Part shown: piece after piece, positions 37,101 to 50,300 of the stretch | Layout: every line of letters begins with the position of its first letter | How positions within the stretch are numbered: the first letter of the stretch is position 1 | Assembly (NCBI RefSeq): GCF_004010195.1 | Contig: NC_057719.1 | Span: 91,934,372-91,998,371, forward strand | Origin: Chiloscyllium plagiosum | Taxonomy: Eukaryota | Direction: 5' to 3' | Length of the DNA: 64,000 nt | Notes under the pieces: generated by a model | Database searches by the model: none | The model's input: the letters and a program-made list of their open reading frames with translations, nothing else | What the model was told of the DNA's origin: nothing | Made by a program: the position numbers and the translations under genes

Positions 37101-40100
37101 CAAGCATGGTCTATGTAAGGTGGAGTATATGTAGACTATGGGTTTTTGCTCTAGGTCTTTTATGTGGTTGTGACAATTTGTAAAAATTTTCTCTACTCTA
37201 GACAGTGTTGATACTCCTCCTCCGGTTCTCTCCCTCATGAGTGAAGTCACTCCAGCAAGCATCGAACCGTAAGTAACTGCAAAGCGTTACGGTTTCTGGT
37301 TTTCTGTTTATATACGTACTGGTTTCTTGTTGAAAAGTGGGACAGTACATGACTGGAAAGCACAAAGCAAATGTGTTTGTAACAGTTATTAGGCAGATAA
37401 TACATCTGGAAATTAGAAATCAAAACAAAACAGGGAATCAAAGAAGTAAAGAGAGATTATGAAAAGAGACTGGCAGCTGACATAAAACAGAATCCAATGA
37501 CATTTAGAACAGTGTCAGTGTTAGTGAGAGGGTTATAAAAGGACCAGTGGGTCAAGTAGGGACAGAAAGGGGATCTACGCATGGAGGCAGGGCATAGCTG
37601 AGATCTTAAATTAATACTTTACATCTGTCTACCAAGGTCATGGTGGAAGAGGAAATGATTTGTGAATTTAAAGGGGTTAAAATAGATGTTGATATTGGAT
37701 AGGCAGTTGATAAGGTACCAGGACCTCATGAAATGTGTCCAAAGATGCTGAGGAAAGTGAGAATGGAAATTGCAGAGAAATGAGCCATAATCTTCTGGTC
37801 CCGTTTAGATGTGGGCTGTGCCAGAGGACTGCACCAATGCTACATACGTTCAAAATAAAAGGTGTAAAGACAAACCCGGCACTACAGCCCATTCCATTTA
37901 CCCTCAGTGGAGGGAAAGCTTCAGAAACTGATAACTGAGCTAATTTAGATTACCAAGGACAAAATTAATTGTCACTTAGGCAACTACAGGTAAGTTACAG
38001 AACACCAGCATAGATTTGTTATGGATAAGTCATGTTTAATTAACTTGGTTGAATTTTTTAATGAGGGTAACAGAGTTGATAAGGGTAATGTCAACAGGTG
38101 GCATGATGGCTCAGTGGTTAGCACCACTGCCTCACAGCGCCCGGGACCCGGTTCGATTCCAGCCTCGGGCGACTGTCTGTGTGGAGTTTGCACGTTCTCC
38201 CCGTGTCTGCGTGGGTTTCCTCCGGGTGCTCCGGTTTCCTCCCACAGTCCAAAGGTGTGCAGCTCAGGTGAATTGGCCGTGCTAAATTGCCCCATAGTGT
38301 TAGGTGCATTAGTCAGGGGTAAATGTAGGGAAATGAGTCTGGGTGAGTTACCCTTTGGAGGGTAGGTGTGGACTTGTTGGACCGAAGGGCCTGTTTTCAC
38401 ACTGTAGGGATTATAATGTCCGTGGAATTTGAGAAGATGTTTGATACAGTGCCACACCACAGAGTAAGGAAAGTCAAGGCTCCGGGAATAAAAGAGGTGG
38501 TAGCAAAATGGATTCAGAATTGGCTAAGTGGTAAGAAACAGGCTGTGGAGAAAGGTTTATTGTGGAATTCCCCAGAGTTAATGTTAAATCCCTCGCTCTT
38601 CCTGATTTGTATTGATGACCTTGAACTGGGTGGTCAAGTTCAAAATCTGCAGAGTATGCAAAACCTGGATGTATTGCGAACTGTGAGGAAGATAGTTCAG
38701 AACATTAAAGCAATACCAACACATTAGTGGAAAGGACAGACAACTGGCAAGTGAGATTCAGTGCAGAGATTTGTAACGTTATTCATTAAGAAGAGCATAT
38801 CGAGAAATTATAAACATTAAGGGTGCAACTTGGAAGTGGATGCAGGAGATGAGAGACCTGCCCATATAAATGCTCACTGAAGGTGGCGGGACAAATTGAG
38901 AGACCGTTTAAAGCAAACAGCATCCTGCACTTTATTAATAGAGGCGTCAGAGTACAAAAGTAAGGAAGTTATATTAAACTTGTCTTTGACACTGGTTCAG
39001 CCTCAACTGGAGTATTGCATCCAGTTCTGGGTGCCACACTATAAGAAGGATATGAAGGTATTAGAAGAAATATGAAGAAATAATTCAGGAGAATGCTTCC
39101 AAGAATGAGGAACCTCCAGTATGTGGATAGAATGAGGAACCTCAGGTATGTGGATAGATGAGAGGGTCTTTTCACATTGGAGAAGAGAAGACTGGGAGGG
39201 GATTTGCTGGAGGTATTCAAAATCATTAGCGAGAGAGACCGTTCCTATTGATAGAAAGATTGAGAACCGAGGTCACAGATTGACGTTAGCTGACAAAAGA
39301 GGCAGTGGCAATCCAAGGAAAAAATAATTTTGGTTGGGATCTGGAACGTGCAGCCTGTGTGTGTGCTGGAATCCAGAGTAGACAAGCGGGAGGCTGGAAG
39401 AACACCGCAAGCTGAAGCAAATTCGGTCAAGGCCTTTGAGAGGGAATTGGATCATCAGGTGAAAAGGAAGAAGGTGCAAGATGACGGGGAGAAGATGGGG
39501 GGAGAGCGGCTCTAGGTAAACTCCTGCAGAGGACCAGCACAAGCACAATGAGCTCAATAGCCTCCTCCTGTGCTGGAACAACTTATTGTGGTTCTATTCA
39601 ACAAGGAACTGCAGGACTGGAGGACAGCAAATGTTGTCCCCTTGTTCAAGAAGGGGAGTAGAGACAACCCTGGTAATTATAGACCAGTGAGCCGTACTTT
39701 GGTTGTGGGTAAAGTGTTGGAAAAGGATTATAAGAGAGAGGATTTATAATCATCTAGAAAGGAATAAGTTGATTAGGGATAGTCAACATAGTTTTGTGAA
39801 GGGTAGGTAGTGCCTCACCAACCTGTTTGGTCACCTTCTCAAAGAATTCAAACAGGTGGATGAGGGTAAAGCAGTTGATTTGTTGTATAAAGATTTCAGT
39901 AAGGCACTTGATAAGGTTCCCCACAGTAGATTATTACATAAAATACATGGGCATGGGATTGAGGGTGATTTAACGGTTTGGATCAGAAATTGGCTAGCTG
40001 AAAGAAGACAGAGGGTGGTGGTTGATGGGAAAGTTCAGCCTAGGGTTCAGTTACTAGCGGTGTGCCGCAAGGATCTATTTTGGGGCTACTGCTGTTTGTC

Positions 40101-43100
40101 GTTTTTATAAATGATCTGGATGAGGGCATAGAAATTTGGATTAGTAAATTTGCAGGTGACACTAAGGTCGGTGGAGTTGTGGATAGTGCTGAAGGATGTT
40201 ACAGGTTACAGAGGGACATAGGTAAGCTGCAGAGCTGGGCTGAGAGGTGGCAAAAGTGTGAGGTGTTTCACTTTGGAAGGAGCAACAGGAATACAGAGTA
40301 TTGGATTCTTCATAAGATTCTTGGTAGTGTGGATGAGCAGAGAGATCTCGGTGTCCATGTACATAGATCCCTGAGAGTTGCCATCCAGGTTGATAGGGTT
40401 GTTAAGAAGGCATATGGAATGTTAGCTTTTATTGGTAGAAGGATTGAGTTTTGGAGTCATGAGGTCATGCTGCAGCTGGTGTGGCCGCACTTGGAGTATT
40501 GTGTCCAGTTCTGGTCACCGCATTATAGGAAGGATGTGGAAGCTTTGGAAAGGTGCAGAGGAGATTTACTAGGATGTTACCTGGTATGGAGGGAAGGTCT
40601 TATGAGGAAAGGCTGAGGGACTTGAGGCTGTTTTCGTTAGAGAGAAGAAAGTTGAGGTGACTTAAAAGAGACATACAGGATGATCAGAGGATTAGTTAGG
40701 GTGGACAGTGAGAGTCTTTTTCCTCGGATGGTGATAGCTAGCAGATGTCAGAGAGTGGTAGGGGCGTGTAATGGCCTCCCTGCAACAGTAGTAGACTCAC
40801 AAACCTTAAGGGCATTTAAATGGTTCTTGGATAAATATATGGATAAAGATGGAATAGTGTAGGAAAGATAGGCTTCAGATTGGTTCCACAGGTCAGCACG
40901 ACATTGAGGGCCTGTACTGCGCTGGAATGTTCTCTGTTCTAGGACAGTACCTGTTATGTCTACTGTCTCAAGGTACCCTCTAGTTAGAAGGAGAGAGCCC
41001 AACTTCCTAACTGCCCTTAGTACTGTTTCAGGGTTGTTGTGGACTGTGTTGTGGGTGGGGGCAAGAGGGCCGTTCCCCATTCCCCATTCTCCATTCTCCT
41101 CCATTCCCCATTCTCCATTCCCTGTGTTGAAATACACGTTGGGGTTGTGATTGGATTCTGTTCAGCCTGATATCCCCACATGACTAAATTGCCAGAGGTT
41201 AATGGGTTGTGTGGAAGTTAATGCACTGTGAAGGGGAGGATCAGAGAGCGCGAGAATTGGAAGGAGTTGAGAGAGAATTAGGGGGGTAACACTTGCAGTC
41301 CATGGTGCCTTCCATCACCAATGGCCTATCAATCTTGACAATTATGACGGGACATTTTGGGGTCAGTACAGAGGAAAGGGAGTATGTTGAGGGTCATGTG
41401 GGGACACAGTCTTAAAATTTAGAATCAGCCCAGTTGGAATTGGGAAGCAGCTTTTAACACAAAGGAATTTGGAATCCTGTGCCTCAAAATGTTGAGGGCT
41501 CAGTCAGTTGAGTTTTGCAGATTGAAATTGTTGGGTTTTTGTTTGTGAGGATATTAAGGGATATGGGTATGTTCACATTTGGAGTATAACTCTGGTCACC
41601 CTGCTTATTGGAAGGATGTTATTAAACTGGAAAGGTTTACAAAGGTCTTATCAAGACTGGAGGGTTTGAATTATAAGGAAAGGCAAGATGGGTTGAGACG
41701 ACTTTCTCTGGAGTGTAGGAGTCTGAGGGTTGGCCTTATAGAGGTTTATAAAATCATGAGGGGCGTAGATAAGGTGAACAGGCAGAGTCCTTTCCCCAGG
41801 GTAGAGGAGTCCAAAACCAGAGAGCATAGGTTTAAGGTGAGAGGGGAAAGACTTAAAAGGGACCTGAGGGTCAACCTTTTCACACAGAGGCTGTATGGAA
41901 TGAGCTGCCAGAGCAAGGGGTGGAGATTGGTACAATTACAGCATTGAGATGACATCTGAGCAGATACATAGATAGGAAAGTCTTCGCGGGAGATGGGCCA
42001 AATGTTAGCAAATGGGATTTGTTCAGTTTAGGAAACTGGATTGGCCGAAGGCGTCTGTTTCCGAGCCGTGTGACTCTATGATGTCATGGAATGGCAAAAC
42101 GGCCAATTCTTCTTGCTGTGGAAAGTAGCTGGGTCGAGAATATGCCTTCCTTCTCCAAGTATCAGTGGGATTTAACTTTCTTTCATACAAACTCAGCAGT
42201 TAAAAGTCAAAAGCTAAAAAGAAAAATCATTATGAGGCGCTAATTTTCAGGAGTTGCTACCTTTTAGTGTTTGGCCAGAGTACACTGTTGTTGATGGAAG
42301 GAAGGAGGTACTGCTCTTTTTAGAGATTTTTACTGTCACGTTCTGTTCCCCCCCCCCACCCCCCACCCACCCCCAGACGGATTAACATTGGCCCACAGTT
42401 CCAAGCTGAAATACCTGGTCTACGTGATTGGTCTTTGGCAGCGGCAGATGCCAGCCACGCCGATCTGGTCTTCAAACCGTGGGAGGGTCACAAAATGACT
42501 CTGCTTAACCAGCAGAAAGGTGAGAATATGTTTTACAAAGAAACTAGGCTTTTAATACAAATGGCTGAAGACGGTGATAGCCAGAACGGAGAGGGTTGCT
42601 CTGTCAGTCACCCAGACGCCCTATTGCCTGCTCTGCCATAAATAACTGGAATTGATTTGTCGCACATCACTTACATCGGTGCTTCCCAGGCGTTTTCCCA
42701 CCACGATTCATGGGGCCAGCTCAGTAGTTAGCACTGCTGCCTCACAGTACCAGGGACCTGGGTTCGATTCCAGCCTCGGGTGACTGTCTGTGTGGAGTTT
42801 GCACATTCTCCCTGTGTCTGCGTGGGTTTCCTCCGGGTGTTCCAGTTGTTCCCACAGTCCAAAGATGTGCAGGTCAGGTGGATTGGCCATGCTAAATTGC
42901 CTGTAGTGCTAGGTGCATCAGTCAGAAGGAAATGGGTCTGGGTGGGTTACCCTTCGGAGGATCATTGTGGAGGTGCTGGGCCACACTGTAGGAAATCTAA
43001 TCTTAAAAAAAAAACCTCCCTTGGGGTCCCAAGCCCCATTTTGACAGCCCTGAGTTACATGATGCAACTACCTGTTTTGCTGAAGGAATAACCCCATTAT

Positions 43101-44310
43101 TACTGGAAGACATTGATGTCGTTTCAGTTATGAGTTCCACTCGCTATAGATAAGAGAGACTTTGCAAAACAAAAGTTCAATTTCCTGAGTTTGATTAGAA
43201 TTAATCAGAGTAAACAAGATTTTAATTTCTGTCTGATGCTCAGTTTGTATGAATCCTATCCTGCGTTGCCTCACTGACAGACAGTATCTATACTGGTTCT
43301 GTGTTTCAATGCTCTGCTGCACAAGAATTGCTGTGCTCCTTGTGCTGTGAGCCAGTTAAGTTTGTATTCTGGGGATGATGCTAGCCAGCAGTAGGCAATT
43401 TGCTAAATGTGAGATGAGGCCTGGGTGGTAATAGCAGTGAGCTCCTGACGCACAGCACGTCCCATTCCCTCGCCACCCCTTAGCTCGCTGACCCACACTG
43501 AACACACAGCCTGGCAACGTGTTAGTTTTTAAATCCTCATATCAGTTTTAAAATCCATTGTTCTCCAGACTTGATGCTTGTTTGGTTTCTCCCCCTGCAG
43601 TGGATGACCTGATGACACTGGCCTGTTCCAGCATTTTACCAGGAGGTGGTACAAACCAGGAGCTCACCTTACACTGTCTCCATGAGTCGAAGGGCAACAT
43701 ACTGGTGAGCAATCCTGAAGTTCTCTCAAGTTATCTATACATCTCTCGCGCTCTCTCTCGCGCTCTCTCTCGCGCTCTCTCTCGCGCTCTCTCTCGCGCT
43801 CTCTCTCGCGCTCTCTCTCGCTCTCTCTCGCGCTCTCACGCGCTCTCTCTCTCTCGCGCGCTCTCTCTCTCTCGCGCGCTCTCTCTCTCTCGCGCGCTCT
43901 CTCTCTCTCGCGCGCTCTCTCTCTCTCGCGCGCTCTCTCTCTCTCGCGCGCTCTCTCTCTCTCGCGCGCTCTCTCTCTCTCGCGCGCTCTCTCTCTCTCG
44001 CGCGCTCTCTCTCTCTCGCGCGCTCTCTCTCTCTCGCGCGCTCTCTCTCTCTCGCGCGCTCTCTCTCTCTCGCGCGCTCTCTCTCTCGCGCGCTCTCTCT
44101 CTCGCGCGCTCTCTCTCTCGCGCGCTCTCCTCTCATTCTCTCTCTCATTCTCTCTCTCATTCTCTCTCTCATTCTCTCTCTCATTCTCTCTCTCATTCTC
44201 TCTCTCATTCTCTCTCTCATTCTCTCTCTCATTCTCTCTCTCATTCTCTCTCTCATTCTCTCTCTCATTCTCTCTCTCTCATTCTCTCTCTCTCATTCTC
44301 TCTCTCTCAT

Positions 44311-44367
<57 letters not shown>

Positions 44368-47300
44368 GCAGATTTGTATCTGCACATGGCTTATCCTCCC
44401 ATTCATATGCTTTGTACACATGCAAGCATGTGTGTTTACATGCATAAAATATGTGCGTGTGTAGAATATATCGAATATCAGAATTGTTACACTGAAGAAT
44501 GGGACCATTTGGCCTATCATATGAGATGTAAAGGGAAGCATGGTGGCTCTGTGGTTAGCATTGCTGCTTCACAGCACCAGGGGCCTGGATTTGATTCCAG
44601 CCTCAGGTGACTGTGCCTGTGTGGAGTTTGCACATTCTCCCCATGTTGGCATGGGATTCCCCGGTGTTCCAGTTTCCTCCCACAGTCCAAAGCTGCTTAG
44701 GTAGATTGGCCGTGGTAAATTGCCTCGTAGTGTTCAGGACTATGCAGGTTATGTGGATTAGCCATGCTAAATGCAGGGTTACAGGGCCAGGGTGAAGGAG
44801 ATGTAGGTCTGGGTGGGACGCTCCTCAGAGGGTGAGTGCAGACCCAGTACAAGTGCGGCCCAGTTGCACTCTCCAATGCCCTTCAAAATTTTTATTTCTT
44901 CCGCAGGGGGATAGATTCCAGGACATACTGTGAAAGCCCAAAACCGCGGATAGGTGCAAACTCATTCATTTAAATGGGGAACGTAGCTTCCTGGAAGGTC
45001 CCTGGTTCTGGAATGTTCCAATTTATATGTTCAGGCTGTGGGTAACTGAAACCGTGGAAACAGCGGTCACCCTGTAACTAAAGTTCTGTTGAGAGCCCTG
45101 GCTGAATCTCAAGCTCTTGGGCAATGGGATTCTCCTGTAACTTCCTTCCCCTTCACCATTTCCCTTCCAGTGGTTCTTGACTTTAACAATGGAAAACTTT
45201 TTTTTCCATAACCCATTCTCCTCCCCCCCACTTCCACACCTTTATCCAATCACCTTTAAACCATTCCTGAAAAGTACAGTCCCTGCAATTTAATCCATAT
45301 GATTGAATTCCCTCATCTTCACAATCATTCTTTAAATCCTCTCGGAGTCCTCTCCCAGAGCTTTCGCATCTTTCCTAAATTATCCCTCAGCTGAGGCCAT
45401 GTTAACCAATTTTTCTTTTATAGAGATGCAAAGTAACTTCCTCGCTCGTGTATTCCATGTTTGTCTGTGAAGCTGTGCTTTCGAAACCTGTCCTACCACC
45501 TTCGATGTTTTTGTGTAGTTGGACGCCCAGATCTCTCTGCTTCTGCACCTGCTTTAGAGTTGTGCCTTCCACATTCTGCCTCCCTATATGTCTCATTTCA
45601 CTCTTCTCTGTATTAAATCACATCAGCCACATGCCTGCTCATTCCACCAGTCCTCTTGAAGTCTAGCCCCGTCCTCTGCACAACAATATATATATTAGAT
45701 ATGTGTACGTGTTCTTATCTATTTGTGCAGCTCATGTTGTTTTGCTTGTTCCAACAGTCAGCCTTGAATATGCTTCTTATTAAAAAGACTCCCCGGGGCA
45801 GGAGTAAGGCACTACTCAGTTACCATTATGCAGGTAAGTGGCAGCTTTCATCCTTGCCTCCTGACTCTCCATCCATTTGTTTTCGCACTTGTCTGAAGTT
45901 GGGCGGCACGGTGGCTCAGTGGTTAGCACTGCTGCCTCACAGCGCCAGGGTTTGATTCCAGCCTTGGGCGACTGTCTGTGTGGAGTTTGCACATTCTCCC
46001 CGTGTCTGTGTGGGTTTCCTCCAGTTTCCTCCAAAGATATGCAGGTTAGGTGAATTGGCCATGGAAAATTGCCCATAGTGTTCAGGCATGTGTAGGTTAG
46101 ATTAGATTAGATTACTTACAGTGTGGAAACAGGCCCTTCGGCCCAACAAGTCNNNNNNNNNNNNNNNNNNNNNNNNNNNNNNNNNNNNNNNNNNNNNNNN
46201 NNNNNNNNNNNNNNNNNNNNNNNNNNNNNNNNNNNNNNNNNNNNNNNNNNNNNNNNNNNNATTGAACCCAGGTCTCTGGCGCTGTGAGGCAGCAGTGCTA
46301 ACCACTGTGCCACCGTGCCGCCCCGTGCATTAGTGGGAGGTAAATATAGAGTAATGGTTTTGAGTAGGAGACTGTTCGGAGGGTCGGTGTGGTCTTATTG
46401 AGCTGAGCAGCCTGTTTCCACAAAGTAGGGATTCTAAGAACAGCTGGGGAGAATGTTGACCGTGTTAGGTACAGGGCCAGCAGTAGCTGTGGGATAGGCA
46501 GTGGTGTCACTGATTTCTGACTCAGTGCTGAAACCACACTGTGCTAGAGCAGCACTCCTCACAATCTAGTGTCCAGTTAGAGCTGTCAGCTGCCATATTG
46601 GGAGAGCAATCTCCCCAATACAAGGCGATGGAGTTGAGTTCTACTTCAGAGACATGAGCACGTCTCCCAGGCTGACACCTTCAGCGCAGTAAGCGGAGGT
46701 GGGTACTGCAGATGCTGGAGATCAGAGTCAAGATTAGAGTGGGGCTGGAAAAGCACAGCAGGTCAGGCAGCATCCGAGGAGCAGGAAAATCAATATTTCA
46801 GGCAAATTCCTGAAATTTTGCCTGAAATGTTGGATTTCCTGCTCCTTGGATGCTGCCTGACCTACTGTGCTTTTCCAGACCCACCCTAATCTTGACCATC
46901 AGCGCAGTACTGACAGAGTGGTGAGTTGTTGGAGGTACCATTTTTCAGATGAGCTGTTTAATGGAGATGCCCTGCTGATCTCTTGGGTGAATCAGACCAC
47001 ACGGTCTCAAAGATTAGGTTTCCCTGGTTGTCACCGTGTTACCATTTCTCGAGAGCTTACTGCATGCAAATTGGCAACTGCATTCTCTGTGTTGCAGTTA
47101 GAAATGTCTGAGAGGACGTTCATAGAGGGAATTCCAGAGCTTGAGCACGGTGGCATGATGAAAATCGGGGACGCACAACGGAGCAAGAATGGGAGGAGGG
47201 CAGAAATCTGGATGGGGTTTGTCGGCATGGAGGGGGTTACAGAGATGAGGAAGGATGAGAACCCCAGTGGGAAGAACTGGATGTGATTTCCAGTCCATTC

Positions 47301-50300
47301 TGGGTTATCCAGTCTCTGCAGTTGGCTTTAGCTGGGGAAAAGGAGGTCACAAAATGAAAAGAACTACCCCTGATTCATTCCCCTTGAGCACTTGTACCTG
47401 CTGTCAATGGGGAGGTTGTCTCTGGATTGCAGTGACTCAGGAGGTGGAATGGCACTTGTCGGCCGTGTAGGAGAATGGCCCCTCAGACGAGGGAGTCAAC
47501 AGGGCAGTTCAAACAGTGCCCCAGCGAGCTTTTCAAAGATGCGCAACAACATCTTATTATGGTCAACAGGGTCCGATAAGTGGACGTCTACAGAGAAGAA
47601 GATGTTCAACAAAGGGTTGGCAGCACACAAGAAGGATTTCTTCCTTGTTCAGAAACTGGTAAGATCCAACATGCTGAATGTCAGTCAGCAGGGTTACGCT
47701 GGTAGTGTCCAGAGAAGGTTTAAGGGATAGTTTATGGGAGGGAATTGTATCACGAACTTCAATATAGGCAGAGACTGGAGATTTGGAAGAGTTAAAAATG
47801 TGTTGCTGGAAAAGCACAACAGGTCAGGCAGCATCCAAGGAGCAGGAGAATCAACGTTTCGGGCATGAGCCCTTCTTCAGGAATGAGGAAAGTGTGTCCA
47901 GCAGGATAAGATAAAAGGAAGGGAGCTGTGCAGTGAGAGAGGGATTCACTGAAATCCTTGTAGTGGGAGGAAGAGAGCTTCTTCTGGGAAGGCATCCTTG
48001 CAAGAGGATTCGCAGTAGGCTATTTGGAAGAGTTATTCAGGATCCAGAACATTTTGATCGCGTTAAATAAGGAGAGGCCATTTCCAGAGGCAGAGAAGTA
48101 TCAGTAACCATATAACATTGATTTAATGTGAGTAGTTGTTCAGTTCTGTGGAATGTGAATACTGTTTGAAGAAAAGACATATTTTGTCAAAGCATTTAGT
48201 CCTGCACTTATCAGGACTATTAGCAAGAATATGATATAGAGAAGAACAACATCTTGCACTCTATAAGAAGCGAGTGCAAGTCGCAATGTGGTGCATTTGC
48301 ACATACTGAACCCTACATGCAATACCCTGTTCCTTGCAGACAGACAGATTGTATTACACTGACCTAAAACTAAGAAAACAGGCAAGATCTATTTTCTGGT
48401 TCATTCCACAGGACATTGCCTTGATCAAACAGTCAACCTACTTGGTTTAAAATTTTAAACAAAGCTTGGCAGGTAACTGTCAGTCATCATTAACTGGTGT
48501 GGAGGTAGTAAGGACTGCAGATGCTGGAAGTCCCAAGTCGATAAAATGTGGGGCTGGAAAAACCGGTCAGGCAGCATCAGAGGAGCAACAAAGTTCCCAT
48601 TTCGGGTCAGGCCCCTTCATCAGGACTGGGGAAGGGGGAAGGTTGGGTAGTATGGTGATAGGTGGATGCAGGTAGGCAGTTATTGTGATTGGGTCAGTGG
48701 GAAGGTTGGAGCAGATAGGAAGATGGACAAGTTAGGTCAGGTCAAGGAGGGCTGGACATGAGATGTCAGGAGATATTGGAACTTACATTGAGGCCATTGG
48801 CCTGCAAGCTCCTGAGGTTGAATATGAGGGTGTTGTTCCTCTGGTTTCCATGTGGCCTCGTTTTGACAGTGGAGGAGCCCCAGGGTGGACACGTTGCCAA
48901 GGGAGTGGGAGGAAGAGTTAAAATAGCTGGCAACTGGAAGGTGGTGTTGATTGGAGCCGACTGACCACAGATGCTCTATGGACCAGTCTCCAAGTCTGCG
49001 CTTGGTCTCTAACACCTTCCACCCCGACCTCAAATTCACCTGGACAGTCTCAGATTCCTCCCTCCCCTTCCTCGACCTTTCTATTTCTATCTCAGGCGAC
49101 AGAATCAACATAGACATCTACTACAAACCGACCGACTCCACAGCTACCTGGACTACACCCATCCTGCCCCCTGTAAAAACGCCATCCCATTCTCCCAATT
49201 CCTTCGACTCCGCCGCATCTGCTCCCAGGAGGACCAGTTCCAAAAACGCACAACCCAGATGGCCTCCTTCTCCNNNNNNNNNNNNNNNNNNNNNNNNNNN
49301 NNNNNNNNNNNNNNNNNNNNNNNNNNNNNNNNNNNNNNNNNNNNNNNNNNNNNNNNNNNNNNNNNNNNNNNNNNNNNNNNNNNNNNNNNNNNNNNNNNNN
49401 NNNNNNNNNNNNNNNNNNNNNNNNNNNNNNNNNNNNNNNNNNNNNNNNNNNNNNNNNNNNNNNNNNNNNNNNNNNNNNNNNNNNNNNNNNNNNNNNNNNN
49501 NNNNNNNNNNNNNNNNNNNNNNNNNNNNNNNNNNNNNNNNNNNNNNNNNNNNNNNNNNNNNNNNNNNNNNNNNNNNNNNNNNNNNNNNNNNNNNNNNNNN
49601 NNNNNNNNNNNNNNNNNNNNNNNNNNNNNNNNNNNNNNNNNNNNNNNNNNNNNNNNNNNNNNNNNNNNNNNNNNNNNNNNNNNNNNNNNNNNNNNNNNNN
49701 NNNNNNNNNNNNNNNNNNNNNNNNNNNNNNNNNNNNNNNNNNNNNNNNNNNNNNNNNNNNNNNNNNNNNNNNNNNNNNNNNNNNNNNNNNNNNNNNNNNN
49801 NNNNNNNNNNNNNNNNNNNNNNNNNNNNNNNNNNNNNNNNNNNNNNNNNNNNNNNNNNNNNNNNNNNNNNNNNNNCCACCTATCACATTTCCGACGCCCC
49901 TCCCCCAAGTCCCTCCTCCCTACCTTTTATCTTAGCCTGCTGGACAAACTTTCCTCATTCCTGAAGAAGGGCTTATGCCCGAAACGTCGATTCTCCTGTT
50001 CCCTGGATGCTGCCTGACCTGCTGCGCTTTTCCAGCAACACATTTTCAGCTCTGATATAGAAGGGACCACATTGGGAGCAATGACTACAATAGGCTAGGT
50101 TATAAAAAGTGCAGGTGAATCTCTGCTGGATTTGGAATGATTGTTTGGGACCTTGGACAGTGGTCGCTAATTGGTGTATTCTTCATGCCCATATTTTTGG
50201 CAATCAGAAACCATGTGCTAACCGATTAGTGCACTCTTCTCATTTAGTAGAAAATGTTGATCCACTTGTATATCTTGCGAATATCCTGACGCGTGTAAGA

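Noticed and set aside
38096..38170. tRNA genes at SINE heads (also about 5390 and about 6425)
   Set aside because: A and B boxes are present, but they continue into SINE bodies, and I could not fold a complete cloverleaf with an acceptor stem.
41075..41122. (CCATTC/CCATTCT)n short repeat, and a 27-bp tandem duplication at about 39102-39157
   Set aside because: Ordinary slippage products with no evidence of function.
43735..44541. (RE/RA)n and (VC)n ORFs on the minus strand
   Set aside because: Translations of the microsatellite.
48951..50017. Long ORFs spanning N runs (also 20214-21457, 2746-3381 and 46102-46333)
   Set aside because: Their length is an artefact of assembly gaps; only the flanking TE-derived parts are real.
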